Source: an uncultured Methanosarcinales archaeon
Lineage (GTDB): Archaea; Nanobdellota; Nanobdellia; Woesearchaeales; JABMPP01
Direction of reading: 5' to 3'
NCBI GenBank assembly: GCA_964604995.1
Contig: CAZSAD010000001.1
Location: 62,001 to 126,000, forward strand
Length of the DNA stretch: 64,000 nt
Positions 11,189 to 20,684 of the stretch are shown one piece after another. The notes under the pieces are model-generated. The model searched no databases, had not been told where the DNA came from, and saw only the letters and a list, made by a program, of their open reading frames with translations. The first letter of the stretch is position 1. The number at the start of each line of letters is the position of its first letter. The position numbers were made by a program, and so were the translations under genes.

Positions 11189-11473
11189 TTAAACCCTCAG
11201 CAACCCAACAACAGAAATAGAAAAGGGTTTCCTGCACAGAGTGCCAAGTTCATCATTTGGTATTTCAAAATTTATAATTTTTGTGCCGCCAACTTTGCAA
11301 TAATGTAATATGTCATTTTTTACATTGTCAGGACAATTTGTTGTCATGTATACTCTTTCAAGTTTTCCCATTTTCAAACTTTTAAGTGTTCTATCAGTAC
11401 CCAATACTAGCTTTTTCAAGTCTAAATTTTTTCTAATTTCTGCAATCAAATCGTGTTTTGAAGGTTCTGTCAT
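11189..11473 (-). CDS. rpl30e: 50S ribosomal protein L30e (eL30)
   Basis: LVLGTDRTLK, NCP, ELGTLCRKPFSISV; operon position. Confidence 0.9.
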   Translation of the reverse strand: MTEPSKHDLIAEIRKNLDLKKLVLGTDRTLKSLKMGKLERVYMTTNCPDNVKNDILHYCKVGGTKIINFEIPNDELGTLCRKPFSISVVGLLRV

Positions 11474-11590
11474 AATTATCAGCTCTTATCGCTCCATTTG
11501 TATTTTTTGTATATTTAATGTCATAAAAAGGATTGTTTGGGGATTTTTAAGCTTTTACTTTTTATCATTCCAAAAAATCGCTTATTATCT

Positions 11591-12721
11591 TTATTTGCTA
11601 CTCTTTGTCATTAGTTTTGATAAGCCTGTTCCAATTGGAACTGGTTGGTTTATCATTACATTTTCAACTACTGAATCTAAATTATCTACTTCACCAACCA
11701 TACAAGCTTCAATAATATGTTTTAATGGTGTTTCAAATGATGCTCTTGCAAGTACGCTTGATTTACCAGATACTACACCATATCTTGATATGCCCCTTAT
11801 ATCTCCATTGATACACATCATATCGGCAACAAGCATAATATGTCTAATATCAACATTTAATCCCTGGCTTTCAATAACTTTGTAAACTTCTTTGATTATA
11901 GCTTCTCTAGCTGCTTCAATTCCAAGTACTTGTGCAATTTCAAAAATTTCATTTGTTGTTGTTCTTGATGAATCAACAAATTCAAGTGCCATAACTTCTT
12001 TGAAATTTGATCCTGCAGATATAATTACAAATTCTTCTTCTCTTTTTACAGGCAGTACTTGAATAATCCCCTTTATTCCAGAAACATGCAGTTCTTTTAA
12101 TTTCTCTTTTGTTTGATATACACTGTTTAAATTTTCATCTTTTCCTTTTGCTTTTAAAAGTAAATTATTATCTCCTGTTTTTTTTATAGTATAACTCTTA
12201 GTTGCTTTTTCAACTATCTTTGCAACATTAGCTGGTAAAATTCCAAGCAGACTCATTTTTTCCTGATTAAAAACAAGTTCAATACTTAATTCAGAGATGT
12301 TGATTACAAATTCATTGACAATATCATTTAATTTTGTTTCTTTAATTGACTGTGCAATTTTTTTGATATCTTTACCTTGATTGTAAGGTTTTTTCAAATA
12401 AATTTCCATCATTGGTGTTGAAACATTGCTTCTTGCGTCGAGAATTTCAATAATTCTTGGTAGACCCATAGTAACGTTCATCTCAGATACTCCCGCGAAG
12501 TGGAATGTATTTAATGTCATTTGTGTACCTGGTTCTCCAATTGATTCTGCTGCAACTAATCCAACTGCTTCGCCAGGCTCAACTTTTGCATTTTCAAATT
12601 CTTCATAAACCATTTCAAAAATTTTTTTGATTTTGGTCTCAGACATTCCTTTTGTTTTTTCTTTTAACTCCTCTAAAATTTTGCTTGGGAGTTTGTTTTC
12701 ATATTCTTTGATTATGCTCAT
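11591..12721 (-). CDS. rpoA2: DNA-directed RNA polymerase subunit A''
   Basis: [29 protein letters not shown]. Confidence 0.97.
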   Translation of the reverse strand: MSIIKEYENKLPSKILEELKEKTKGMSETKIKKIFEMVYEEFENAKVEPGEAVGLVAAESIGEPGTQMTLNTFHFAGVSEMNVTMGLPRIIEILDARSNVSTPMMEIYLKKPYNQGKDIKKIAQSIKETKLNDIVNEFVINISELSIELVFNQEKMSLLGILPANVAKIVEKATKSYTIKKTGDNNLLLKAKGKDENLNSVYQTKEKLKELHVSGIKGIIQVLPVKREEEFVIISAGSNFKEVMALEFVDSSRTTTNEIFEIAQVLGIEAAREAIIKEVYKVIESQGLNVDIRHIMLVADMMCINGDIRGISRYGVVSGKSSVLARASFETPLKHIIEACMVGEVDNLDSVVENVMINQPVPIGTGLSKLMTKSSK

Positions 12722-12795
12722 TTTGCATCCCCTTTCATCTTGTTTTTGTTTTGATTATTTTTTGAATTTTTTCTTTGAATTATACATCAAAGCAA

Positions 12796-15537
12796 TTAAT
12801 TGCTGTGCATAATTCTTTGTACGTTGATTATTCCGCCTTCGCTCTTAGAGACATCTACGCCATCTTCCCCATAGCTAAACTGTATAATTTTTTTGCTGCT
12901 ATCTCTAACAGTGTGGTCATATTCTACTTTCAAATCTTGCAATGCATTTGAAAGTCTTCTGTAAAGATAACCAGATTTTGGTGTTCTAAGTGCTGTATCC
13001 ATTAATGAATCTCTTCCTGTTATTCCCATAAAGAAAAATTCATGTGGTTTTAATCCGCCTTTAAATCCCATTCTAATAAATCCTCTTGCATCTGGACTTA
13101 AATCATTTTTCTTAAAGCTGGAGAGTGTTCTTCCTCTATACCCTCTATCGATTCTTTTTCCTCTCATAGACTGCTGTCCTACGCACGCTGCCATCTGAGC
13201 AAGGTTTAATAAATTTCCTCTAGCTCCACTTTTAGCCATAATCATTGTTGAGGATGTTTGATTAGCAAACTGTGAAACTATGCTTCCTGATTCATTTCTT
13301 GCTTTATTTAATATTTCAAGAATTCTAAGTTCCAATGTTTCACTAACAGTTCTACCTGGGAACGCATCAAGTTCTCCTCTTCTATAAGTATCGATAAGTT
13401 CTTTTACATTATTTTCAGCTGTGTTAAGTATATCAGCAACTTTTTCTCTTGCATCTTTTGGCAAGTCAGTATCTGATATTCCTACAGTGAATCCAACTTT
13501 GTTTAGAACTTTAATTCCAAGTCTTAACATTTTTCCAAGAATTTGTACAGTTTTATCTGCACCATACTTCTTATGTAAATTTCTAAGAAGTAATCCTGAA
13601 CCTTCTCCTAAATTACTCTTGTCCATAACACCAGATGTCATGATTCCATCTTTTATGAAAACACATGCATCAGTGCCTGAACATTTTGCTTCAGAATCAT
13701 TTTTTGCAGGGCATTTTCTTGAATGCTGTGTAAAGTTAAAATCTTCTGGAATAAGCACACTAAATATTTCTCTTCCATTAACTCTTTGCTTTTTTGGCAA
13801 TTTACTAAATTCATCAATACCAATACTTAATAATAAATCAGCTGCTTCATGTCTTGGCATCTCTAAACTTTTAGTTAAAATATAATTTCCAGAAATTGCA
13901 TCTTGAATACATCCCATAACACTAAGTCCATATCTTGGACTAATTAATTGTGTTTGCACTTCCATTAATATTTCAGCTTCAGCTCTTGCTTCTTCTGTTT
14001 GTGGAATGTGCAAATTCATTTCATCTCCATCAAAATCTGCGTTGTATGGATGACAAACTGCTGGGTTCAATCTTAATGTTTTATGTGGCAAAACTCTAAT
14101 TCTGTGTGCCATCATACTCATTCTATGCAGGCTTGGTTGTCTGTTGAATAATGCAATATCACCATTCATTAAATGTCTTTCAACAACATAACCTGTTTGG
14201 ATTTCTTCAAGCAGTTGCTCTTTTGTTTCATCAGTAACTTTTTTCTTCTTTCCATCTGGTCTAACTACATAATTTGATCCAGGGTAAACACTTGGGCCTC
14301 TTTTGATAAATTCTTTTAGATAGTTTAAATTCCATGGTGTAACAGTTTCTGGAACAGATAGTTTCATTGCAATTACATCAGGAACACCAACTTCATTCAA
14401 ATCAATCATAGGATCTGGACTAATTACTGTTCTTGCTGAGAAGTTTGTTCTTTTACCAGCTAAATTATGTCTAATTCTTCCTTCTTTACTTTTTATTCTT
14501 TCTGTTAAAGTTTTAAGTGGTTGGCCACTTCTATGTCTAGCAGGTGGCAATTGTTCAACATCATTATCAAAAAATGTTGTTACGTGATATTGCAACAAGT
14601 CCCACAAATCCTCTATAATAATTTCAGGCGCACCAGCATTGATGTTTTCAAATAATCTTTGGTTGATTCTTACAATATCCCCCAGTTTATGTGTTAAATC
14701 ATCTTCGCTTCTTTCTCCTGATTCAAGAGTAATACTTGGTCTCATGGTAACAGGTGGAATTGGTAAAACTGTAAGTACAGTCCACTCTGGTCTCATATAA
14801 ACTGGATTTATTCCAAATAATTGGCAATCCTCATCAGGTATTTTTTCAAGCCTTGTTCTTACTTCAACTGGGGTAATTCTTTTATCACCTTCGATGAAGG
14901 TTGTTGGTTTTTCAATTGTAATTTTTTGTTGTTTTGAATTGCAATGTGGGCATTTGTTGTTTGTTTTTGTTGAAGCGATAATCTCTTTGATTTTATCTCT
15001 TCTTGCTTCAAGTCCTTTTTCTTCTTCGATTTCATTTAAAACTTCAATATATCTTGAAATTTTATTTTTTGGAACAAGAATTCTTCCACAATCTTTACAT
15101 GTTGATCTTAAAAGATTCAAAGTCAAAGATGTAAATTTGATATGAATAATTGGTCTAGCTAATTCAATATATCCAAAATGTCCAACGCACTCTTTTAATT
15201 TAGAGCCGCAAGTTTTACATTTTAAACCAGGATCAATCACTCCAAGTCTAATATCCATAAGGCCACCATCAACTGGATAACCTTCTTTATCATAAAGCTC
15301 AGGTGTGACAATCTTAGCAGATGCCATTTTTTTAATTAATTTTGGTGAGAACATTCCAAAAACAATGCTTTTAACGTCTTTGAAAATATATTTTTCAAAT
15401 TCTTCAAAATATTCTTGTTTTTTCTTTTGTTCTTCAGGAGAAATTTTCTCTTCAACAACATCAATATCTTCTTTCAATGGAAGTTCCTCTGCTGCTACAG
15501 ATGGAACAATTGGCATTTTATCATCGTTTTCAACCAT
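12796..15537 (-). CDS. rpoA1: DNA-directed RNA polymerase subunit A'
   Basis: Catalytic YNADFDGDEMN, NRQPSLHR, Zn-binding CKTC/CVGHFG; ATG start inferred. Confidence 0.98.
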   Translation of the reverse strand: MVENDDKMPIVPSVAAEELPLKEDIDVVEEKISPEEQKKKQEYFEEFEKYIFKDVKSIVFGMFSPKLIKKMASAKIVTPELYDKEGYPVDGGLMDIRLGVIDPGLKCKTCGSKLKECVGHFGYIELARPIIHIKFTSLTLNLLRSTCKDCGRILVPKNKISRYIEVLNEIEEEKGLEARRDKIKEIIASTKTNNKCPHCNSKQQKITIEKPTTFIEGDKRITPVEVRTRLEKIPDEDCQLFGINPVYMRPEWTVLTVLPIPPVTMRPSITLESGERSEDDLTHKLGDIVRINQRLFENINAGAPEIIIEDLWDLLQYHVTTFFDNDVEQLPPARHRSGQPLKTLTERIKSKEGRIRHNLAGKRTNFSARTVISPDPMIDLNEVGVPDVIAMKLSVPETVTPWNLNYLKEFIKRGPSVYPGSNYVVRPDGKKKKVTDETKEQLLEEIQTGYVVERHLMNGDIALFNRQPSLHRMSMMAHRIRVLPHKTLRLNPAVCHPYNADFDGDEMNLHIPQTEEARAEAEILMEVQTQLISPRYGLSVMGCIQDAISGNYILTKSLEMPRHEAADLLLSIGIDEFSKLPKKQRVNGREIFSVLIPEDFNFTQHSRKCPAKNDSEAKCSGTDACVFIKDGIMTSGVMDKSNLGEGSGLLLRNLHKKYGADKTVQILGKMLRLGIKVLNKVGFTVGISDTDLPKDAREKVADILNTAENNVKELIDTYRRGELDAFPGRTVSETLELRILEILNKARNESGSIVSQFANQTSSTMIMAKSGARGNLLNLAQMAACVGQQSMRGKRIDRGYRGRTLSSFKKNDLSPDARGFIRMGFKGGLKPHEFFFMGITGRDSLMDTALRTPKSGYLYRRLSNALQDLKVEYDHTVRDSSKKIIQFSYGEDGVDVSKSEGGIINVQRIMHSN

Positions 15538-15647
15538 ATTAAGCACCCGCTTTCATCATGTTTGATTCATGATTATTTTCTTTCTTTGACTTTTTTGATT
15601 TTCAAATTTTTATTCATTATTTTTTATTTGATATTAAAAACAAAAAA

Positions 15648-17453
15648 TCAGTATTTATTTTTCAATTGCATTTTTGGATAAATGCAAAGTGATTTTAGCT
15701 CATCAAGTAATAGCTTGAAAGCATAACTGATTTCGATGTTAGTAATATCTACATTATCTCCACAAACTGCACAGTAGCTTCTGTTTTTGAATTCATCATG
15801 AATCACAATAAGTCCACAGTTTTCGCAAACAGGAACAACTGTTCTGTCTGAATCGAATCTTTCTTTTAAGAGTAAGCTTGCGCCATGTGCAACAAAAGTA
15901 TCCTTTTCCATTTCTCCTAACCTTAGTCCACCTTCTTTGGCTCTGCCTTCAGTTGGTTGTCTTGTTAAAAGTTGTATTGGACCTCTTGCTCTTGAATGCA
16001 ATTTGTTTGCGACCATATGTTTTAATTTAAGATAATAAATGTCACCGACAAAAATTCTTGCATGAAGTTTTTCTCCAGATATTCCAGAGTAAAATGTTTC
16101 CATTCCACTTTCTCTAAAACCCAAAGACAAAAGTTCTTTTCTTAGGTTTGCTTCTGTTTCAGCTTCAAATGTTGTACCATCAATATATCTTCCACTAAGT
16201 GCGCCAACTTTACCACCAACCATTTCGATTAGGTGAGCAATTGTCATTCTAGATGGAATACCATGTGGTGAAAACAACAAATCTGGTGTTATACCACTTG
16301 CTGAAAATGGCATATCTGATTGTGGAACAATCAAACCAATTACTCCTTTCTGACCATGTCTTGATGTGAATTTATCTCCAATTTCAGGTATTCTTTGGTC
16401 TCTTATTCTTACTTGAACAAGTTTATTACCTTCTTCGTTTTCTGTTATTAAAACTAAATCAACAACTCCAAGCTCCCCATGTTTCAAACCAAATGAACTT
16501 TCTCTTCTTGTGTTTGATGCGAGATTATATTCATCTAAACTGCTTAAAAATCTTGGAGGTGAAGTTTTTCCAATAATAACATCTCCTTCTTTAACTGAAG
16601 CTTCAGGATAAACAATTCCATCTTCCTCTAAAAATCTATAATCTTTTTCAGATTTGTAACCTTTAACATCTTTATCAGGAATACAAATTTTATCAGTAAG
16701 TCCGCCAGAATATCTTAGTTCTTCAGCAACTGCTGGTCTAAAATAAGTAGATCTTCCAAGGCCTCTTTCAATAGAACTCTTATTTATGATAATCGAATCT
16801 TCCATATTATAACCTTCATAGGCCATAATTGCAACAACAATATTTTGTCCAGCTGGATGTTTATCATAATTACTAATTGCATGCATTGCAGATTGAACAA
16901 TTGGCATTTGTGGGGTATGCAATATATTTACATCCATATCCATTCTAACTTCATAATTAGCTGCATAAAGTCCTAATGCTTGTTTTTGATTTTTAGAACC
17001 TGCATTTAATCTTGCAGATTGGTTAAAATTTCCAAATGGTACAAGTGAAGTTGTAAGTCCAACCATTGTTAGTGGTGTCAAATCCATATGTGTATGATCT
17101 TTAGTTAATTCTTGCTCAGTAAATGCAACAAGTGCATTTTCTTCTTCGCCTGCATCAAGATATTCTATAATACCTTGATTTACAAGATCTACCCATGCAA
17201 TTTCTCCTTTTTCTATTTGTGCAATATGCTTATCAGTGATAAGTGGTTTGCCATCTTTGACAACTATTAATGGTCTTCTAGCTCTACCTTTTGATGCTTC
17301 TAAATAAATCTCATTTGTTACATCATCATGAAACACATTAAGATTGCTAGTTAGCTTTCCTTTTCTTCTCTCACCAATTACTTGGTCTACAAAATCCCTT
17401 GGATTTTCAACATTTCCTACAAATTTTCCATTGAGATAGACTTCTGCTGCCAT
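15648..17453 (-). CDS. rpoB1: DNA-directed RNA polymerase subunit B'
   Basis: GDKFTSRHGQKG, RQPTEGRAKEGGLRLGEME. Confidence 0.97.
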   Translation of the reverse strand: MAAEVYLNGKFVGNVENPRDFVDQVIGERRKGKLTSNLNVFHDDVTNEIYLEASKGRARRPLIVVKDGKPLITDKHIAQIEKGEIAWVDLVNQGIIEYLDAGEEENALVAFTEQELTKDHTHMDLTPLTMVGLTTSLVPFGNFNQSARLNAGSKNQKQALGLYAANYEVRMDMDVNILHTPQMPIVQSAMHAISNYDKHPAGQNIVVAIMAYEGYNMEDSIIINKSSIERGLGRSTYFRPAVAEELRYSGGLTDKICIPDKDVKGYKSEKDYRFLEEDGIVYPEASVKEGDVIIGKTSPPRFLSSLDEYNLASNTRRESSFGLKHGELGVVDLVLITENEEGNKLVQVRIRDQRIPEIGDKFTSRHGQKGVIGLIVPQSDMPFSASGITPDLLFSPHGIPSRMTIAHLIEMVGGKVGALSGRYIDGTTFEAETEANLRKELLSLGFRESGMETFYSGISGEKLHARIFVGDIYYLKLKHMVANKLHSRARGPIQLLTRQPTEGRAKEGGLRLGEMEKDTFVAHGASLLLKERFDSDRTVVPVCENCGLIVIHDEFKNRSYCAVCGDNVDITNIEISYAFKLLLDELKSLCIYPKMQLKNKY

Positions 17454-17477
17454 GATTGTTACCCCTTGCTTTTTCCT

Positions 17478-18965
17478 TTATTTATTCGAGTTTCTAAGAC
17501 CCATAGGCTTTATTGCTTTTAAGATCTCATCCTCGTTTGATTCCTGTGAAACTGATACCAATAATGCCAAGTTTTTTCTAAGTCCAATGTTAGTACCTTC
17601 AGGTGTTTCTATTGGACAGAGTCTTCCCAAATGTGTTGGGTGAAGTTCTCTTGCTTCGAAATTTTCTTGACTTGCACTAAGTGGTGAAACTACTCTTTGT
17701 AGATGCGATAATGTTTCGAGGAAATTTAAGCGCTGAATTCTTTGGCTGATTCCTTTTCTTCCACCAACCCATGTACCAGTTGCCATTGAGCTATAAATTC
17801 TCGATGTCAAAAGTTTATCTCTAATAACACTTTTAATTGATGGAAATTTTCCTCTTTTTACAATTCTTTGGAAATTGTACAAGATGTCGGCAATTAAAAC
17901 TTTCATATTAACTCTAAGTAAATCCGACAACAAATCGCCACTAAGTTTTAATCTTTTGTTCATATAGTGGTCTTTATCATCAGTTGCAAGTTCTCCACTC
18001 GAAACTCTCAAATATTTTTTTAACATCTTGCATAAATTATATGCTTTATTCATCCTGTCTTCTTTTTTAACTCCAAGATGCGGCAAGAGATATTTATCTA
18101 AAATTTCCCTTATTCTTTCAACTCTTATTTCTCTTGATTGTGTAATTCCAATCTTTTTTGCAATAAGATCAAGCGCATCTTCTTCGTTTTTAACAGAGAC
18201 AAATTCATATAAATTAACTAAAATTTCATCATTTGGTCTTTCTGGCGAAATGGATCTCATTATTTCTTCGTCTTTTAACATTCCAAGTGCTTTTAATACA
18301 AGAACTAATGGCACTCTTTTTACTCTTGTAAATGTTACATAAAATACACCATCTTTCATTTTTTCAATTGAATGTGGAATTTTGAATGATCCTTTTTCAG
18401 AAAACATCTTAGCAACATATTTGCTTGGTCCAATGCTCGCTTCTTCTACCATTGTTTTATTTGATGCCAAATCTTCAATTATAACAAGTGCTTTTTCTGT
18501 TCCATTAATAATAAAATATCCGCCTGGATCATTTGCATCTTCACCATGCTTGATTAAATCATCTTTACTCATATTGCTTAAATGGCAGTATTTTGATTTA
18601 AGCATAATTGGAATATTTCCAACTTGTGTCGTAAATGTTTCTCTTTGTACTCCATTAATATGTGCACTAACATCAATAAAACATGGCGCAGAATAAGTTA
18701 TTTTTCTAAGTCTTGCTTCAATTGGGAAAATACTTCTCTTTGAGCCATCAGCTTCAGTAATTTCAGGCCTGGTTACCCAAATCTTATCAAATCTTATCTT
18801 GAACTCATCAATATTATGTGGAATAATTGTTGGTTCAATATCATTGTTTTCTTCAATAATTTTTTGCAGTTCAACATCAATAAAATGGTTGAAACTTTCT
18901 ATATTCGACTCCACAACAGAGTGATCGTCGAAATACTTTTTTATGAGTGCTCTTGAGTTAGTCAT
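17478..18965 (-). CDS. rpoB2: DNA-directed RNA polymerase subunit B''
   Basis: DPGGYFIINGTEK, GRLCPIETPEGTNIGLRKNLA. Confidence 0.97.
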   Translation of the reverse strand: MTNSRALIKKYFDDHSVVESNIESFNHFIDVELQKIIEENNDIEPTIIPHNIDEFKIRFDKIWVTRPEITEADGSKRSIFPIEARLRKITYSAPCFIDVSAHINGVQRETFTTQVGNIPIMLKSKYCHLSNMSKDDLIKHGEDANDPGGYFIINGTEKALVIIEDLASNKTMVEEASIGPSKYVAKMFSEKGSFKIPHSIEKMKDGVFYVTFTRVKRVPLVLVLKALGMLKDEEIMRSISPERPNDEILVNLYEFVSVKNEEDALDLIAKKIGITQSREIRVERIREILDKYLLPHLGVKKEDRMNKAYNLCKMLKKYLRVSSGELATDDKDHYMNKRLKLSGDLLSDLLRVNMKVLIADILYNFQRIVKRGKFPSIKSVIRDKLLTSRIYSSMATGTWVGGRKGISQRIQRLNFLETLSHLQRVVSPLSASQENFEARELHPTHLGRLCPIETPEGTNIGLRKNLALLVSVSQESNEDEILKAIKPMGLRNSNK

Positions 18966-19215
18966 TTATAACCACCCTATAATACATTGATTCGCCCGCT
19001 GTTGGGCTGTTTCTAATGATTTTAATAACATCTCCTGCTTCAACTCCACTATTTCTAAGTGCAGGATCAGTTTTGTATATTTTTGGCAATTCTTTGATTG
19101 TGATATTATATTTCTCTAAAAGCTCCTTTTTATCTTTGTCATTAATCTTTACATGTTTTGGCAGAAATACGTGTTCTTTTATTTCAAGACTCGATAGTGT
19201 TTTTCTTCTTTTCAT
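18958..19215 (-). CDS. rpoH: DNA-directed RNA polymerase subunit H (Rpo5)
   Basis: HVFLPKH, LPKIYKTDP, GDVIKIIRNSPTAG..YYRVV. Confidence 0.96.
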   Translation of the reverse strand: MKRRKTLSSLEIKEHVFLPKHVKINDKDKKELLEKYNITIKELPKIYKTDPALRNSGVEAGDVIKIIRNSPTAGESMYYRVVIND

Positions 19216-19255
19216 CTTCTTCCCTCGAATTTTTGATGATATAGTATATAATAAA

Positions 19256-19415
19256 TGGTGGGCCGGACGAGACTTTCGTTTGAAGCATACAACTTTTTAT
19301 CGTACACTTCCTTTTCGAACTCGCGACCGCCTGATTAAAAGTCAGGCGCTCTATTACCCAACCACAATTCAATGCTTTTGGCATTGCTTGGGTTTCCAGG
19401 CTGAGCTACCGGCCC
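19256..19415 (-). tRNA. tRNA-Lys(UUU) with two non-canonical introns (D-loop ~19355-19394; T-loop 59/60, 19273-19313); CCA encoded
   Basis: Spliced: GGGCCGG-TA-GCTC...GAGC-G-CCTGA-CTTTTAA-TCAGG...GCGAG-TTCGAAT-CTCGT-CCGGCCC-ACCA; inserts form BHB-like junctions. Confidence 0.9.
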
Positions 19416-19460
19416 AGATTTTTATGAAAATCTGGTTAAAACAAGAGGGAACCTCCCTCG
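19416..19460. repeat. Palindromic element family B, copy 1 (abuts tRNA-Lys 5' end)
   Basis: AGATTTTTATGAAAATCT-GGTTAAAACAA-GAGGGAACCTCCCTC-G; homologous to 22924-22973. Confidence 0.7.
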
Positions 19461-19545
19461 CATGACCAGCATGAATATGATTTGAAATGTTCGGAATTGA
19501 TGTTCTGAACATGAAGCCGAAGCGCGGCGGCTTCGGCAAAGTAAA

Positions 19546-19659
19546 CGCCCTGGCCGGGATTTTCTAGGCCTAAAAACAGTAATTGCTGCTTTATAAGCTC
19601 TTTGAACCCGGGTCGCAACCGTGACAGGGTTGCATGATAGGCCGCTACACTACCAAGGC
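19546..19659 (-). tRNA. tRNA-Asp(GUC) with T-loop intron (59/60; 19560-19600)
   Basis: GCCTTGG...CAACC-CTGTCAC-GGTTG...CCGGG-TTCAAA[41 nt]T-CCCGG-CCAGGGC-G. Confidence 0.9.
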
Positions 19660-19916
19660 ATTTTGAGTGTAATTGAGCGATATATATCTTTCTACTGGTA
19701 AATTAAACCTAATAAAGCCTAATTAAGCTTGTAGAAAGACTTTTCGACCATATTTGCACCATCATTTGCCCATTTATAAAGGTATGCCTTTTTCCCAACA
19801 TTCACCGTCGATATGACTATATTGATTTAAGGATTAAATGGGGGTATAAAAAGCTATCTGAAAATAAGGTTATATGGACTCTATAGCACTCAATTTATAA
19901 GAAAATAATAAAAAAA

Positions 19917-20046
19917 TCCCCCGGGGGGGATTCGAACGCCCAACCTTTCGGTATCAGCTGACTGTTTTTCATCCTAAGCTTATGCATAAAGTCAAACAGC
20001 GCTATATTAACTACAGCCGAACGCTCTACCGTTGAGCTACCAGGGG
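19917..20046 (-). tRNA. tRNA-Tyr(GUA) with canonical 37/38 intron (19953-20010)
   Basis: CCCCTGG acceptor (archaeal C1-G72), TTCGG-CTGTAG[58 nt]A-CCGAA, GTTCGAAT; one C-C mismatch in T-stem. Confidence 0.88.
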
Positions 20047-20163
20047 ATTTTCATATTTTTATATAATTAGCTTGTTTCGACGAAGTCGAAACGCTTTTGC
20101 AAAGCAAAAGCTTTTTGGGTTCTATCCTTTAGAAAAGGATAGCCGCTTTAGCTACCAGGGGAT
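20035..20163. repeat. Palindromic element family A, copy 1 (20074-20142), between 14-bp direct repeats containing tRNA-Tyr nt 1-12
   Basis: AGCTACCAGGGGAT at 20035-20048 and 20150-20163; hairpins GTTTCGAC-GAA-GTCGAAAC, GCTTTTGC-AAA-GCAAAAGC, CTATCCTTT-AGA-AAAGGATAG. Confidence 0.85.
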
Positions 20164-20296
20164 ATAAAATAATTATACTATTCCCATTAACAGAGATGAG
20201 AAATTCAGTTCTTATATAAAATTAATTGTTTGAAAACCAACATTACCAACATTTATAATATAAATCAAAAATCCTTTCCTTAAAGGATAGGTTATA

Positions 20297-20641
20297 ATGA
20301 ATACTGAAAACAATACTAATTATTTAAATGCAAAAGCACAAGACCTTGCAATTTTAACAATGCATGCAAATAATGCATTTAATAATGGTGAGTTACAAGA
20401 ATATCATTCGCTAATGGCTCAGGTGTATTCATCAATACATAATATTTCTATTCAGGCAGGTTACGTAGCATCTGTTTTAAAACATCGAGCCGAGACATTA
20501 AATTTAACTGCAAAAAATATTGAGGCGCTTAAAGTTTTTAACACTAATAAAGATAGTGTAAAAATAAATCTTTCAGAAGAAGAACGAGTAACATACTTAA
20601 CTGAGTTTTATGGTATCCTCTTAAAATCAATTCCCTTATAA
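20297..20641 (+). CDS. Hypothetical protein
   Basis: 114-aa ORF with RBS-like AGGATAGG and upstream TATA; no recognised motif. Confidence 0.55.
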   Translation: MNTENNTNYLNAKAQDLAILTMHANNAFNNGELQEYHSLMAQVYSSIHNISIQAGYVASVLKHRAETLNLTAKNIEALKVFNTNKDSVKINLSEEERVTYLTEFYGILLKSIPL

Positions 20642-20684
20642 ATTATTAAAATAATAATTTTTATTAAAAATTCTTCATTATTAT

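Noticed and set aside
72..18696. Numerous antisense/shadow ORFs overlapping long genes (here and across the window)
   Set aside because: Fully nested opposite well-supported genes, with no independent motifs
19016..19618. ORF-track ORFs 19016-19465, 19184-19384 and 19436-19618
   Set aside because: They overlap rpoH and the intron-containing tRNA-Lys/tRNA-Asp genes; spurious
19917..19945. tRNA-Tyr as pseudogene because of C-C mismatch in T-stem
   Set aside because: Single mismatch within a G homopolymer; other arms and the intron junction are intact
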